A stretch of DNA of 64,000 nt from NCBI GenBank assembly GCA_016783745.1, contig JADHVZ010000002.1, positions 12,012-76,011 of the forward strand, read 5' to 3'. This DNA is from Candidatus Omnitrophota bacterium (GTDB lineage: Bacteria > Omnitrophota > Gorgyraeia > JAHIPI01). Below are positions 28,479-38,889 of this stretch, piece by piece (positions within the stretch are counted from its first letter, which is position 1; every line of letters begins with the position of its first letter). Under the pieces are notes generated by a model. That model searched no databases and had not been told where the DNA came from. It worked only from the letters and a program-made list of their open reading frames with translations. Position numbers and translations under genes: made by a program.

Positions 28479-29767
28479 TAGATGGAGACCGATTTCAGGA
28501 TATTAAAAAATTCCGGGAAGGAAGTGTTTACGCAGGAAACATCATCTATAACGCTTTTCTCAGAGGCAAATAGAGCCGCGATCGAAACAGCCATCGCGGT
28601 TCTGTGATCGCGGAAGCTTGATAGGTCCGACCCGATGAGCTTGCCGGGGCCATCGATCACAACATCGTCTCCTTTAGAGCGTATGACGGCTCCCATCCTG
28701 GAGAGGTTATGCTGCATGGATCGTATGCGGTCTGTTTCCTTGACTCGAAGTTCGCCGGCGCCTTTTATAACAGTCTGCCCTTCGGCAAAGGCCGCGGCTA
28801 TCATCAGTGCCGGCAGTTCATCGATAGAACCCGGTATTTCAGATCTTTCTATGGTAGCCGGCCTGAGCTTGCTGGAACGGATAATGAGATCACAGACAGG
28901 TTCCCATCCATCGATCTTTTTATTAATTTCGATATTTGCGCCCATTTCCTTCAGGATCTCAAGGGCCCCCGTACGCGTCTTGTTGCAGCCAACGTCCTTG
29001 ATGACGAGCTCTGAATCCTCCCCAAGCAGCGCCGCGACGATAAAAAAAGCCGCTCCTGATATGTCCCCCGGAACCCTCATGTTTTTGCCCTTTAAAGACC
29101 GCCCTTTTTTTATTGTCGTCTTAAGGCCGTCTGAAGCAATATCCGCGCCGAAGAGCTTAAGCATCCTCTCGGAGTGGTCCCGCGACTTAAACGGCTCTGT
29201 CACGGAAGTAACGCCGTCGGCGTGAAGCCCCGCGAAAAGGATGGATGATTTTACCTGCGCGCTGGCTGCAGGCGATATATGATCTATACCCTTAAGCCTT
29301 CCTCCGTGTATTGTAAGAGGGGCGAGATCGGCGTCATCCCTGCCTTCTATGCGGGCCCCCATCTGTCTAAGCGGCTCGGTGACTCTTTTCATGGGCCTTC
29401 GGCTCAAAGAGTCGTCACCGGATAAAGTGCATTCAAAATCTTCTCCGGCGAGGATCCCAAGTAAAAGCCGCATGGTCGTTCCCGAATTGCCAAGATAAAG
29501 TTCCGCGGCAGGTTTTTTAAGTCCGCCGGACCCGGCCCCATTGACCGTTACAGTAGAGCCGCTCAAACCGATCCCTACTCCCAAATTTTTAAAGGCCGCC
29601 ATAGTTGAAAGGCAATCCTCGGCATTTAAAAAATTTTCGATTTTTGTGACGCCTTCCGAGATAGAGCCCAGCATTACCGCCCGGTGGGATATTGATTTAT
29701 CTCCCGGCAGGACTATTTCGCCTCTGATCGACTTTGCGGGATTTATCGTCTTGCTATTGTTGCTCAT
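28475..29767 (-). CDS. aroA: EPSP synthase
   Basis: PGDKSISHRA, GNSGTTMRL, SAQVKS, ELRVKETDR, DHRTAM. Confidence 0.97.
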   Translation of the reverse strand: MSNNSKTINPAKSIRGEIVLPGDKSISHRAVMLGSISEGVTKIENFLNAEDCLSTMAAFKNLGVGIGLSGSTVTVNGAGSGGLKKPAAELYLGNSGTTMRLLLGILAGEDFECTLSGDDSLSRRPMKRVTEPLRQMGARIEGRDDADLAPLTIHGGRLKGIDHISPAASAQVKSSILFAGLHADGVTSVTEPFKSRDHSERMLKLFGADIASDGLKTTIKKGRSLKGKNMRVPGDISGAAFFIVAALLGEDSELVIKDVGCNKTRTGALEILKEMGANIEINKKIDGWEPVCDLIIRSSKLRPATIERSEIPGSIDELPALMIAAAFAEGQTVIKGAGELRVKETDRIRSMQHNLSRMGAVIRSKGDDVVIDGPGKLIGSDLSSFRDHRTAMAVSIAALFASEKSVIDDVSCVNTSFPEFFNILKSVSIY

Positions 29768-29789
29768 AAGAGAGCCGCCATATTAATTT

Positions 29790-29818
29790 AAAAGGCCGGG
29801 TATTTACGATGCCCGGCC
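29790..29818 (-). terminator. Terminator-like hairpin between the coiled-coil gene and aroA
   Basis: GGCCGGGTAT/ATGCCCGGCC stem with a short U tract on the minus strand. Confidence 0.5.
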
Positions 29819-29847
29819 AGGTCATTTATCATTGTCATACTGAAAAA

Positions 29848-30612
29848 CTAATCACTTCGCACAACAACATTGTCGTTCACCATCATAGAGCCTGGCTTGA
29901 GCTCTTTTAAGATCGCCGCCGCGGCCATTGTATCGTAGATCTTTTCTACCTTAGCTTCGCCGACATACTTACCGCCCCTGAACACCGTTAACATATTTCC
30001 CAGGCGGATATCGTCTCTGGTGCCTATATCCACCACTATAAAATTATACTCCCTGTTGATGATAAGTACCTTGCCCTCAAGCTCGCCCGCCGCCCTTACG
30101 ACTATACGCTCCAGCTCTATGCCCTGCTTGTTTACTATATCGCGGACCTTGTCTTCCAGGACATCCTTGACCTCTGCCAGTTTATCAATGCGCCCCTTAA
30201 GCTCACTGTATTTTGTTTTTTCTTCATCAAGTGTACCTTGTATCTTACGCTTTTCGCTTAAAGCGGAGTTTAATTTTGACCTGATCCCTTCTATCTCGCT
30301 GTCTTTCTTGCTGAGCCTGGACCTTATGATGTCGTTCTGCGATTTTTCCTTCTCATAGGTCTCCTCGAGCACTTTTTTTTCCGTCTCAAGGGCGTTTATA
30401 TTCATATCGAGGTCTTTCTTTATCAGCTCAAGCTCCTCTACCTCAAGAGACAACCTTTTTCTCTCTTTCATGGTCTGAGCAAGCTCGTTCTGAAGGGCGA
30501 TTTTTTCCTCTTTTTCGCTTTTTAGCGACATAGACAATACTAAAGAAACTACTATTAAAACCACCGCGACCGCCAGCGAAACGATAGTGACAATTTTATT
30601 TTCTTTTAACAT
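29848..30612 (-). CDS. Hypothetical membrane-anchored coiled-coil protein with C-terminal beta domain
   Basis: N-terminal TM, long heptad-rich segment, then GKVLIINREYNFIVVDIG. Confidence 0.8.
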   Translation of the reverse strand: MLKENKIVTIVSLAVAVVLIVVSLVLSMSLKSEKEEKIALQNELAQTMKERKRLSLEVEELELIKKDLDMNINALETEKKVLEETYEKEKSQNDIIRSRLSKKDSEIEGIRSKLNSALSEKRKIQGTLDEEKTKYSELKGRIDKLAEVKDVLEDKVRDIVNKQGIELERIVVRAAGELEGKVLIINREYNFIVVDIGTRDDIRLGNMLTVFRGGKYVGEAKVEKIYDTMAAAAILKELKPGSMMVNDNVVVRSD

Positions 30613-30675
30613 AAGTCCCCTATTTATTTACATGTTGTATCAATTATACCATAGGTTCATAAAAATGCAAACTAA

Positions 30676-31593
30676 TTAACTTTCATTTTTTAGTTTATCG
30701 ATCACTTCCTTCAAATCAGCCGGTAATGGAGATGTAAAATGCTGCGGCTGTTTGGTCGTCGGATGCAAAAAAGATATCTCAGAGGCGTGTAACGCCTGGC
30801 GGGATATCAATTTTTTCTTTCTTTTTACCCCGTAGGTCTCATCGCCAAGCACAGGATGGCCAAGATAGGCCAGGTGGACCCTTATCTGATGCGTCCTGCC
30901 TGTCTCCGGCTTGATCTCAAGAAGGGTATGGTCCTTAAGCCTATCAATGACTTTGTATCGGGTGATCGCCTCTTTTGAATCGGCAAACTTTACCGCCATT
31001 TTTTTTCTGTCGCGGTGGTGGCGCCCTATTGGCTCAGAGATGACGCCGTTATCCAGCTGTACAACACCTTCTACAACGGCTATATATCTTTTATCAGTCG
31101 TCCTTCTGCTGAATTGCCGGGATATAAACGCGTGAGCCTGTTCGTCCTTTGCGACGATCAGGAGCCCTGATGTGTTTTTGTCAAGGCGGTGGACGATCCC
31201 GGGCCTTCCTTCATCCGAGGTAGAAAGTTTACTTACATGATAGACGAGGGCGTTTACCAGTGTTCCGGTGTAATTGCCGGGCGCAGGGTGAGCCACCATG
31301 CCAGCAGGCTTATCGACAACAAGAAGCTTATCGTCCTCGTATATTATATTAAGGGATATATTTTCAGGCGCGATCGTAAGTTTCCGGGGCTTTAGTATTT
31401 CGGCCTCTATTACATCCCCCGCCTCGACCTTATGATTGCTTTTGTGGGACGCCCCGTTCAGAAGGACCTTTTTTCCCTTTATCAGCTTCTGCAGGCGAGT
31501 CCTGGATATTGACCGGGGGAGGTGATTTACCAGATATAGATCAAGCCTCCCTCCGGCCTCACCTCCGGTCACCGTAAATTTGTAGTTTTCCAT
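30676..31593 (-). CDS. rluD: RluA/RluD family pseudouridine synthase (start reassigned to ATG 31593)
   Basis: S4 domain RLDLYL, VHRLDKNTSG, TGRTHQIRVH, ALHA. Confidence 0.92.
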   Translation of the reverse strand: MENYKFTVTGGEAGGRLDLYLVNHLPRSISRTRLQKLIKGKKVLLNGASHKSNHKVEAGDVIEAEILKPRKLTIAPENISLNIIYEDDKLLVVDKPAGMVAHPAPGNYTGTLVNALVYHVSKLSTSDEGRPGIVHRLDKNTSGLLIVAKDEQAHAFISRQFSRRTTDKRYIAVVEGVVQLDNGVISEPIGRHHRDRKKMAVKFADSKEAITRYKVIDRLKDHTLLEIKPETGRTHQIRVHLAYLGHPVLGDETYGVKRKKKLISRQALHASEISFLHPTTKQPQHFTSPLPADLKEVIDKLKNES

Positions 31594-31597
31594 GGGA

Positions 31598-32335
31598 TCA
31601 GGCCTTTTTACTGCGGAGTAATAATAAAAGTGATGAAGCAAAGAATATTGCCATAGATATGAATTGAGATATGGACAACCCGTAAAGAACGGCCGTCAGA
31701 TCACCTCTAAAAAAATCAATAGCGAATCTGCCTGAGGAAAAGAGTATGAGGTATGTGAAAAATATCATTCTGCCATTCCTGCTTTTTTCATATATAAACC
31801 TGAGCGCGATGAACATCAGCAATAGATATACGGATATATAAAGCTGGGTTGGATGTATAGGCTGAATAATACGGCCATCCGCGTAAAATCCGAAGAAAGA
31901 ATATGTCGGTTTTCCGTAGCAGCAGCCGTTTAAAATACATCCTATCCTTCCGATCGCCTGTCCGAGGGCTATATACGGCATGATCAGGCCGGCCGTTTTC
32001 CATAAAGGCAGGTTGTTCTTATTTATCAAATACCAGGCTGTCAGGATCCCCGCGAAAAGGCCTCCGTGGATCGCAAGGCCCCCCTCATTGATCATAAAGA
32101 TATTCAGCGGATTGCTTATGTATGGCCTCGGATTAAGGATGACATGCAATACCCTTGCCCCCGCTATACCCCAGATCAGCGAGTACAGAAAGATGTCGCA
32201 TATCACGCCGGAAGGCAGGCCGTCGCGCCTCGCTGTACGGCTCGCGAGAAATACAGCGAGAAGAAATCCGAGCGCCACCATCACGCCATATGAATATATC
32301 TTGAGGTTGCCTATTTCAAATAATATCGGGTGCAT
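31598..32335 (-). CDS. lgt: Prolipoprotein diacylglyceryl transferase
   Basis: GGLAIHGG, GQAIGRIGC..NGCCYG, HPTQLY. Confidence 0.95.
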   Translation of the reverse strand: MHPILFEIGNLKIYSYGVMVALGFLLAVFLASRTARRDGLPSGVICDIFLYSLIWGIAGARVLHVILNPRPYISNPLNIFMINEGGLAIHGGLFAGILTAWYLINKNNLPLWKTAGLIMPYIALGQAIGRIGCILNGCCYGKPTYSFFGFYADGRIIQPIHPTQLYISVYLLLMFIALRFIYEKSRNGRMIFFTYLILFSSGRFAIDFFRGDLTAVLYGLSISQFISMAIFFASSLLLLLRSKKA

Positions 32336-32786
32336 TCTTTGACTTATCCTTTATCGACATCATGATGTGGTAAGCAAGAAGAGCCCCGCCGATAGTAATG
32401 GTCGTATCCGCGACATTGAAAACCGACCAGAATCGAATATCGATAAAATCTATTACATAACCAAAGCGAAGGCGGTCTATAAGATTTCCTGTCGTCCCGG
32501 CAAGTATGAGCAATAGCCCCGCCTTAAGATACAACGAGCTACTGCGCAGCTTTCTTGAGTTCAGGACGATTATGAATATCGTAAGGATTGAAAGGAGGAT
32601 GAAGACGGGCAGCATCCCTTTAAACATACCGAATGCCGCGCCGCTATTATGGATCAGGGTGATGTGGAACACCCCCTTTAATATAGGTATGGTCTCGTTT
32701 AGCTTCAGGTTCGATGATGCAAGAAATTTAGTGGCTTGGTCCAGCGCGATTAACGCGCCGGCGATTAACGCGGATCGCGGCCTCAC
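32316..32786 (-). CDS. lspA: Lipoprotein signal peptidase II
   Basis: DQATK, NSGAAFG, GNLIDR, VIDFI, FNVAD. Confidence 0.96.
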   Translation of the reverse strand: MRPRSALIAGALIALDQATKFLASSNLKLNETIPILKGVFHITLIHNSGAAFGMFKGMLPVFILLSILTIFIIVLNSRKLRSSSLYLKAGLLLILAGTTGNLIDRLRFGYVIDFIDIRFWSVFNVADTTITIGGALLAYHIMMSIKDKSKNAPDII

Positions 32787-32789
32787 CTG

Positions 32790-33161
32790 CTATTTCTCCT
32801 CTTCCTTCTTTTTGCACGGTATGCAAAGTTGCGCGTGAGGTATGGCGGCTAACCGTCTTTTACTGATTTTTTTTTCGCATGAAAGGCACTTGCCATAATT
32901 ATTTTCCTTTATTCTCTTCAGCGCCTCATCTATCATTATCAGTGTCTTGTGCTCACCGGAGGCAAGATTGAGCGAGAACTCGCGTTCATAATTGTCAGAA
33001 GCCATATCTGCCATATGAAGGGTGTATCCTGATAAGTCTCCGGCGGCGTCTTTCTGCGACAGCCGTCGTGTTTCCCCGGTAATGTGGCCGACGTTGGAGA
33101 CCAGCTCCTCCCTTTTTTTGATCAGCAGTATCTTATATTTCTCAAGTTCCCTCTTTGTCAT
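32790..33161 (-). CDS. DksA/TraR family C4 Zn-finger protein
   Basis: HMADMAS coiled-coil tip, EALKRI..YGKCLSC, RLAAIP..CIPC. Confidence 0.9.
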   Translation of the reverse strand: MTKRELEKYKILLIKKREELVSNVGHITGETRRLSQKDAAGDLSGYTLHMADMASDNYEREFSLNLASGEHKTLIMIDEALKRIKENNYGKCLSCEKKISKRRLAAIPHAQLCIPCKKKEEEK

Positions 33162-35999
33162 TTATTTTCTCCTTTTGAGACCCCTTACTACTTCCCCGCA
33201 TTTCAAGCAAAGCCCGGGGTGTTCCTTATCCGCCCCTACAGTGGATGCGTAATTCCAGCACCTCTGGCATTTATTACCGTCCGCCTTTGAGATCCTTATG
33301 CTTACCGGGATCTCATCGGCTTTTCTGCTTCCGGATGGCGGGTCTTTAGCTATTTCGACAGATGATACTATAAAAAGTGTGTTGAATAGTTTCGTTTCCT
33401 GGTCAAGGGTGTCCAGCCACTCTTTATTATCGCTGTACAGAACTACTTTTGCGTCAAGCGAACTTCCGATCACACCTTCGCCTCTGGCTTCCTCCAGCAT
33501 CTTCAGGACAGAATCCCTCAACGGTAAAAGCCTATCGCTCCATTTCCGTATATAAGATTCCCCGAACGCGCCTGAGGTCATCTGCTTCAGCTTTTTCAGG
33601 TCCGGCCAGTCTTCAAGATAAATGCTTTCGGCCTTTACTCCGGGAAGAGAGCGCCAGACTTCTTCCGATGTGTACGCTAAAACAGGCGCCATGACCCTGG
33701 ATAGAATGCTGATTATCTCATAAAGAGCGCTCTGGGCGCCCCTCCTTAAGCGAGATTCCCTGCCGGCTGTATATAAAGTGTCTTTAAGCACATCGAGATA
33801 TATCGAAGACATATCCACGACGCAGAAATTATAGATCGAGTTAAAAACTTTATGGAACGCGAAATTCTTAAAATTACTCTCGGCCGTCTCGAGTAACCGG
33901 CACGCGCGCCACATCGCCCACTTGTCTATTTCAGACATATCTTCTATTGGTACGGCATTATTTGCCGGATCGAAATCATAGAGATTGCCGAGCATATACC
34001 TCGATGTGTTTCTTATCTTTCTGTAGGCATCGGCAAGCCTGGCCAGAATGACCTCTGATAAACGCACATCGTCTCTATAATCGCAGGAGGCGACCCAGAT
34101 GCGCAATATGTCGGCCCCGTATCTTTTCATCACGTCTTCCGGAGATATGACATTGCCAAGCGACTTGGACATCTTTTTTCCCTCGCCGTCCACTACGAAC
34201 CCGTGAGTCAAGACCGACTTATATGGCGCGCTCCCGTCGATAGCCGTAGAGGTAAGGATGGCTGACTGAAACCACCCGCGATGCTGGTCACTGCCTTCGA
34301 GGTAGAGGTCGGCCGGGAATTCCTTTCTCGGCTTCAAAACAGCCTGATGGCTTACCCCTGACTCGAACCATACATCTAATATATCAAGTTCTTTTTCGAA
34401 CTCATCGGATCCGCATTTTTTGCATTTTGTCCCGGCAGGAATAAGCTCCGAGGCCGCTTTAATGAACCAGGCGCCGGAACCTTCCTTTTCAAATATACCC
34501 GCTACATGATTTATAATGTCTTTATCCAATAGCAGCTCATCGCATTCAGCGCAGTAAAGCGCGGTTATGGGAACTCCCCAGAGGCGCTGCCTTGAAAGGC
34601 ACCAGTCAGGCCTGTTCCGGACCATCGTCGAAATGCGGCCTTGGCCCGCCTCAGGCACCCACTTAACAGACTCTCCGATGAACTTGCCTACCCTGGTTCT
34701 CAGGCCGTCATGGTCCACGTTCATAAAATATTGAGCGGTCGCCCTGAAAATAATAGGGCTCTTACACCTCCAGCAATGCGGATACGAATGCCCCGCGTCT
34801 TCACTGTGCATCAAGGAATTTATACTTTTGAGCTTCTCGATTATTTTTTTGTTTGCGTCAAAGACGTGTAAGCCCTTAAATTCCGCGGCGGTTTCATCAA
34901 ACCTGCCTTTTGAGTCTACGGGCATTACTGTCGGTAGTCCGTATTTTTTCCCGGTCAAATAGTCTTCATGGCCATGTCCGGGAGCGGTATGCACACATCC
35001 TGTGCCCTCTTCATGCGATACATAATCCGCCAGCACGATTTTCGACGTTCTGTCAATAAACGGATGAGCGCAATCAAACCCTTCGAGATCCCTTCCTTTG
35101 AATGTAGAGATAATCGAAGGTTCCGCCAGCTTCAGTTTTTTACTTAAGGCTTCAAAGAGGTCCTGGGCGAGTATCAGATATGAACCACTGTTTTCCACAA
35201 GAACGTATTTCAAAGTCGGGGCGAGCGCTATTGCTACATTAGCCACGAGCGTCCATGGCGTAGTCGTCCATATGAGGACATGGGCATCTCCCTTTACGCG
35301 CGCGGCTGCTTCACTGCCCAACGCCTTTTTAAACCGGCCCGTTTCGTTTAGCTTAAATTTTACAAAAACGGACGGGGATGTGCGCGGATTATATTCGATC
35401 TCTGCCTCCGCCAGCGCGGTCTCACATTTATAGCACCAGTTTACCGGCTTAAGATCTTTGTAGATATAACCCTTACCGACAAGTTCCGCGAAAGACCTTA
35501 TGATGGCTCCCTCATATTCCGGATTCAGCGTCAAATAAGGATTTTCCCAGTCCCCGAATATCCCCAGCCTCTCGAATTGAGCCTTCTGTATCTTCACGAA
35601 TTTAAGAGCAAAATCCCTGGCCTTGTTCCTGAACTTCACCTGGGGGATATCGCCCTTTTCTATGCCGAGCTTTTTCATCAGCTGGTGCTCGACCGGCAGG
35701 CCGTGGCAGTCCCAACCCGGGATATACGGCACATTATATCCGGCAAGGGTATTGAACTTTATTACAATATCTTTGAGGATCTTATTGAGCACATGCCCCA
35801 TGTGTATATCGCCGTTGGCGTACGGCGGGCCGTCGTGCAGGACATATTTAGGGGCCTTCTCTCTCTTTTTCGACATAAGGCGGTAAATATCCTGTTCCTT
35901 CCAGCGCTTCAGCATCTGGGGTTCGCGCTGAGGCAGGTTGGCCTTCATGGGGAAGTCCGTCTTCGGCAGATTTAAGGTATCTTTGTACTCCATTACCAT
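33162..35999 (-). CDS. ileS: Isoleucine--tRNA ligase
   Basis: DGPPYANGDIHMGH, GWDCHGLP, WTTTPWTL, KMSKS, C-terminal Zn finger. Confidence 0.98.
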   Translation of the reverse strand: MVMEYKDTLNLPKTDFPMKANLPQREPQMLKRWKEQDIYRLMSKKREKAPKYVLHDGPPYANGDIHMGHVLNKILKDIVIKFNTLAGYNVPYIPGWDCHGLPVEHQLMKKLGIEKGDIPQVKFRNKARDFALKFVKIQKAQFERLGIFGDWENPYLTLNPEYEGAIIRSFAELVGKGYIYKDLKPVNWCYKCETALAEAEIEYNPRTSPSVFVKFKLNETGRFKKALGSEAAARVKGDAHVLIWTTTPWTLVANVAIALAPTLKYVLVENSGSYLILAQDLFEALSKKLKLAEPSIISTFKGRDLEGFDCAHPFIDRTSKIVLADYVSHEEGTGCVHTAPGHGHEDYLTGKKYGLPTVMPVDSKGRFDETAAEFKGLHVFDANKKIIEKLKSINSLMHSEDAGHSYPHCWRCKSPIIFRATAQYFMNVDHDGLRTRVGKFIGESVKWVPEAGQGRISTMVRNRPDWCLSRQRLWGVPITALYCAECDELLLDKDIINHVAGIFEKEGSGAWFIKAASELIPAGTKCKKCGSDEFEKELDILDVWFESGVSHQAVLKPRKEFPADLYLEGSDQHRGWFQSAILTSTAIDGSAPYKSVLTHGFVVDGEGKKMSKSLGNVISPEDVMKRYGADILRIWVASCDYRDDVRLSEVILARLADAYRKIRNTSRYMLGNLYDFDPANNAVPIEDMSEIDKWAMWRACRLLETAESNFKNFAFHKVFNSIYNFCVVDMSSIYLDVLKDTLYTAGRESRLRRGAQSALYEIISILSRVMAPVLAYTSEEVWRSLPGVKAESIYLEDWPDLKKLKQMTSGAFGESYIRKWSDRLLPLRDSVLKMLEEARGEGVIGSSLDAKVVLYSDNKEWLDTLDQETKLFNTLFIVSSVEIAKDPPSGSRKADEIPVSIRISKADGNKCQRCWNYASTVGADKEHPGLCLKCGEVVRGLKRRK

Positions 36000-36856
36000 T
36001 AAATATATTTTCCTATTATTAAATCCAGCTTCTTCCTTGTCTCAGCCGGGATCATGTCCTTCGAGGTTATGATAGCGTCTTTCAAGCTTGAACCGCAGGA
36101 GCAGCTCCTTTTCACAGGGATGCCCTGGATCGCGTTCTTCACAGTCGTTTTTGCGGCTTCGCTGTTTTTCATCAGATTCCGAACGATCATCTCTATTGTG
36201 ACGTCTTCCGAGACGTGCCAGCAGTCATAGTCTGTCACCATCGCAAGCGTCGCGTAACAGATCTCGGCTTCCCTCGCGAGCCTGGCTTCCGGCATATTCG
36301 TCATTCCGATAATGTCGATCCCCCAGCTTCTATACAAAAGCGATTCCGCTCTTGTGGAAAAAGCCGGGCCCTCCATATTGATGTACGTGCCGCCTTTATG
36401 TACGGTGACACCCGCTTTTTTTCCCGCTGTGAACAGCGCGCCGCTTAGTTCACCGCATACAGGATCCGAAAAAGCTATATGAGCCGCGACACCTTCTCCA
36501 AAAAATGTGGTCTTCCTTGCCTGGTTAGTCCTGTCAATAAACTGATCCGGTATGACCATATCAAGCGGCTTAAGCCCTTCTTTCAGGCTTCCGACCGCGG
36601 CGACCGATATTATTCTATCGACGCCCAATTTTTTCATACCGTATATATTCGCGCGGTAATTTAATTCACTCGGCAGTATTTTGTGGCCTGTCCCGTGACG
36701 CGGCAGAAACACCACAACCTTGCCTTCCAGTTCGCCTGAAATAAAACTATCCGAAGGATCGCCGAATGGCGTAGTCACTTTCTCTTCCCGGCGGTTTTTT
36801 ATTTCATCAATATTATATACGCCGCTTCCCCCTATGACTCCTATTTTGCCCATCAC
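35999..36856 (-). CDS. mtnP: 5'-methylthioadenosine phosphorylase
   Basis: IGGSG, FLPRHG, EGPAFSTRAES, GMTNMPEA, TDYDCW. Confidence 0.93.
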   Translation of the reverse strand: MMGKIGVIGGSGVYNIDEIKNRREEKVTTPFGDPSDSFISGELEGKVVVFLPRHGTGHKILPSELNYRANIYGMKKLGVDRIISVAAVGSLKEGLKPLDMVIPDQFIDRTNQARKTTFFGEGVAAHIAFSDPVCGELSGALFTAGKKAGVTVHKGGTYINMEGPAFSTRAESLLYRSWGIDIIGMTNMPEARLAREAEICYATLAMVTDYDCWHVSEDVTIEMIVRNLMKNSEAAKTTVKNAIQGIPVKRSCSCGSSLKDAIITSKDMIPAETRKKLDLIIGKYI

Positions 36857-36961
36857 TATTCTCCCATAGAGATTATTTTATTTTTTGACCTTGCCCCCTT
36901 GATGATCGCTATTCGGCTTATTGCGCGAAGCCCTTGTTTTTACCCTAACGGATATCTTCAT
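36856..36961 (-). pseudogene. Remnant of yggU (DUF167) with an internal deletion and frameshift
   Basis: N-terminus MKISVRVKTRASRNK in one frame and C-terminus SRIAIIKGARSKNKIISMGE* in another; only 106 nt; directly after yggT. Confidence 0.7.
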
Positions 36962-37264
36962 TTATCGCAGCATACTTCCCAGCTGGTACAAGCTTGAGAC
37001 CAGAAACATCCTCAGAAAAAAAAGAGCCATTATCGCCAGTATCGGCGATATATCTATCCCTATGTTATGGGCAGGGATAAGCCTTCTGAAAGGATAGAGT
37101 ATAGGTTCCGTCAGTTTAGATAAAAGCTGGACTAAAAAATTATACGGGTCAGGGCTGAACCAGCTTATAACGGCTCTTATGATGATCAACCATGAAAGAA
37201 AACGTATAGCCATTTCCAGGACACCGGCGACAGCTATAAAAAGATTACCGAGAATAAACATCAT
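36962..37264 (-). CDS. yggT: YggT family membrane protein
   Basis: ISWFSPDPYN, LTEPILYPFRRLIP, IDISPI. Confidence 0.93.
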   Translation of the reverse strand: MMFILGNLFIAVAGVLEMAIRFLSWLIIIRAVISWFSPDPYNFLVQLLSKLTEPILYPFRRLIPAHNIGIDISPILAIMALFFLRMFLVSSLYQLGSMLR

Positions 37265-38088
37265 TTATCTCCGTCGCTAAGTTCCCTTGAGCGCTTTTCG
37301 GCGGCCTTTATCCCATCCCTGATGATGCCATCGAGCCTTCTATCCTCAAACACCTTGAATGCCGCCTCCGTGGTTCCGCCTTTAGACGTAACACGCTTTC
37401 TCAGGCTTTCGGCGTTATAACCGCTGTCTCTAAGCAGGATAGCGCTGCCCAGCGCTGTCTTAAAGGCCAGATGCCTTGCCCTGTCCTCGCCTATTCCCAT
37501 TTCTACGGCGCATTTCTCCAGCATCTCAGTCAGATAGAAAAAGTACGCCGGGCCGCTTCCCGAGACCGCTGTTACCGCGTCCATAAGCCGCTCTTCGATC
37601 TCGATAACGTCACCGATCGACTTAAATATTTGAGTCACTAATCTCTTATCCTGATCGATGACTTCTGAGTCAAAACTTAAAGCGGACATACTTTGATTTT
37701 CAAGCGCCCCCATGTTTGGCATGACCCTTGCTACGCGGACATCAACGTCAAGTATCTTCTTTATCTTTTCTATGGAAATGCCGGCGGCTATGGAAATTAC
37801 CAGCTTGGAGGAATTCAGAAGGTGTGAGACTTCTCTTAAAAGCTCTTTGGCATCCTGAGGCTTTACGGCAAATAAAATAGCGTTACAGGAATTGATCAGC
37901 TCTTCGGAGGAATTGGCCACGTTTGCGCTAAGGCTTCCGCTGACAAAACTGCTCTTCTCAGTCAAGTGATCATACAGATAGAGATTCCCGGAATATATTG
38001 ACCCCGAGGCTACAACGCCTTTCGCGATAGCCTCCCCCATGTTCCCGCATCCGATTATACCGAGCTTAATATCTCTCTCGAATTCCAT
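37261..38088 (-). CDS. proC: Pyrroline-5-carboxylate reductase
   Basis: IGCGNMG, AVKPQ, RVMPN, SGSGPAY, VTSKGGTT. Confidence 0.97.
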   Translation of the reverse strand: MEFERDIKLGIIGCGNMGEAIAKGVVASGSIYSGNLYLYDHLTEKSSFVSGSLSANVANSSEELINSCNAILFAVKPQDAKELLREVSHLLNSSKLVISIAAGISIEKIKKILDVDVRVARVMPNMGALENQSMSALSFDSEVIDQDKRLVTQIFKSIGDVIEIEERLMDAVTAVSGSGPAYFFYLTEMLEKCAVEMGIGEDRARHLAFKTALGSAILLRDSGYNAESLRKRVTSKGGTTEAAFKVFEDRRLDGIIRDGIKAAEKRSRELSDGDK

Positions 38089-38111
38089 ATTATTGTCCCC
38101 TTAATATTTCT

Positions 38112-38792
38112 TTATTTAAAAATGGCGGAACCGATTCTTACGATATCGGCGCCCTCTTCGATAGCTACTTCAAAATCACCCGACATCCCCATCGATAGAT
38201 GCTTCATGTTGATATTGTCGCGATTATAAGGCTTTAGATCCCCCAGCAGTTCTTTTAACTTCCTGAAATGAGGCCTTGAATCCTCCGGATCGTCTGAATA
38301 CGGCGCCAAAGTCATTAGTCCGAGCAGCATAATGTTCTTCATGCCGGCTATTGACCCCACAAGGCCCCTGACGCCGTCAGGGCTGATCCCGAACTTAGAG
38401 CCTTCACCGGAAACGTTTACCTGGACCAGGATACTTTGCGCTTTATTAAGCTTTTCCGCCTCTATCTGAATTCTTTCGGCAAGATGCAGGCTATCCACAG
38501 AATGTATCAGATCAAACAGCTGAACCGCCTTTTTAACTTTGTTTGTCTGAAGGTGTCCTATAAAATGCCAGCGGACAGCCTGCGCCCCGCTAAGCCGGCT
38601 GTATTTTTCCTCGGCGTCACGGACTCTATTTTCGCCAATATCCGTTATGCCTGACTTTATCGCCTCTTCCGCCTCATCGATGCCGGCCTCTTTTGTAACG
38701 CAGACAAGGACGATATCAGAGGCGCTTCTGCCGCAAGCCAATGCCGTTTTTTCGATCTTCGAATTGATATTACTAAGTTTATTCCTGATCAT
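38112..38792 (-). CDS. yggS: PLP homeostasis protein YggS (start probably ATG 38792)
   Basis: VCVTK, GENRV, WHFIGHLQTNK, LSMGMSGDF, VRIGSAIF. Confidence 0.95.
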   Translation of the reverse strand: MIRNKLSNINSKIEKTALACGRSASDIVLVCVTKEAGIDEAEEAIKSGITDIGENRVRDAEEKYSRLSGAQAVRWHFIGHLQTNKVKKAVQLFDLIHSVDSLHLAERIQIEAEKLNKAQSILVQVNVSGEGSKFGISPDGVRGLVGSIAGMKNIMLLGLMTLAPYSDDPEDSRPHFRKLKELLGDLKPYNRDNINMKHLSMGMSGDFEVAIEEGADIVRIGSAIFK

Positions 38793-38810
38793 CTTTTTTA
38801 TTGGCAAAAC

Positions 38811-38839
38811 AGAATAGCATAATAGTCACATATTGTCAA
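38811..38839 (-). promoter_or_regulatory. Putative sigma70 promoter of the yggS operon
   Basis: Minus strand TTGACA-17-TATTCT with TGn. Confidence 0.65.
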
Positions 38840-38889
38840 CGCAATTAAGGTGTAAAGAGGCTGGAATATGAGGCAGATAAACGAAGATA

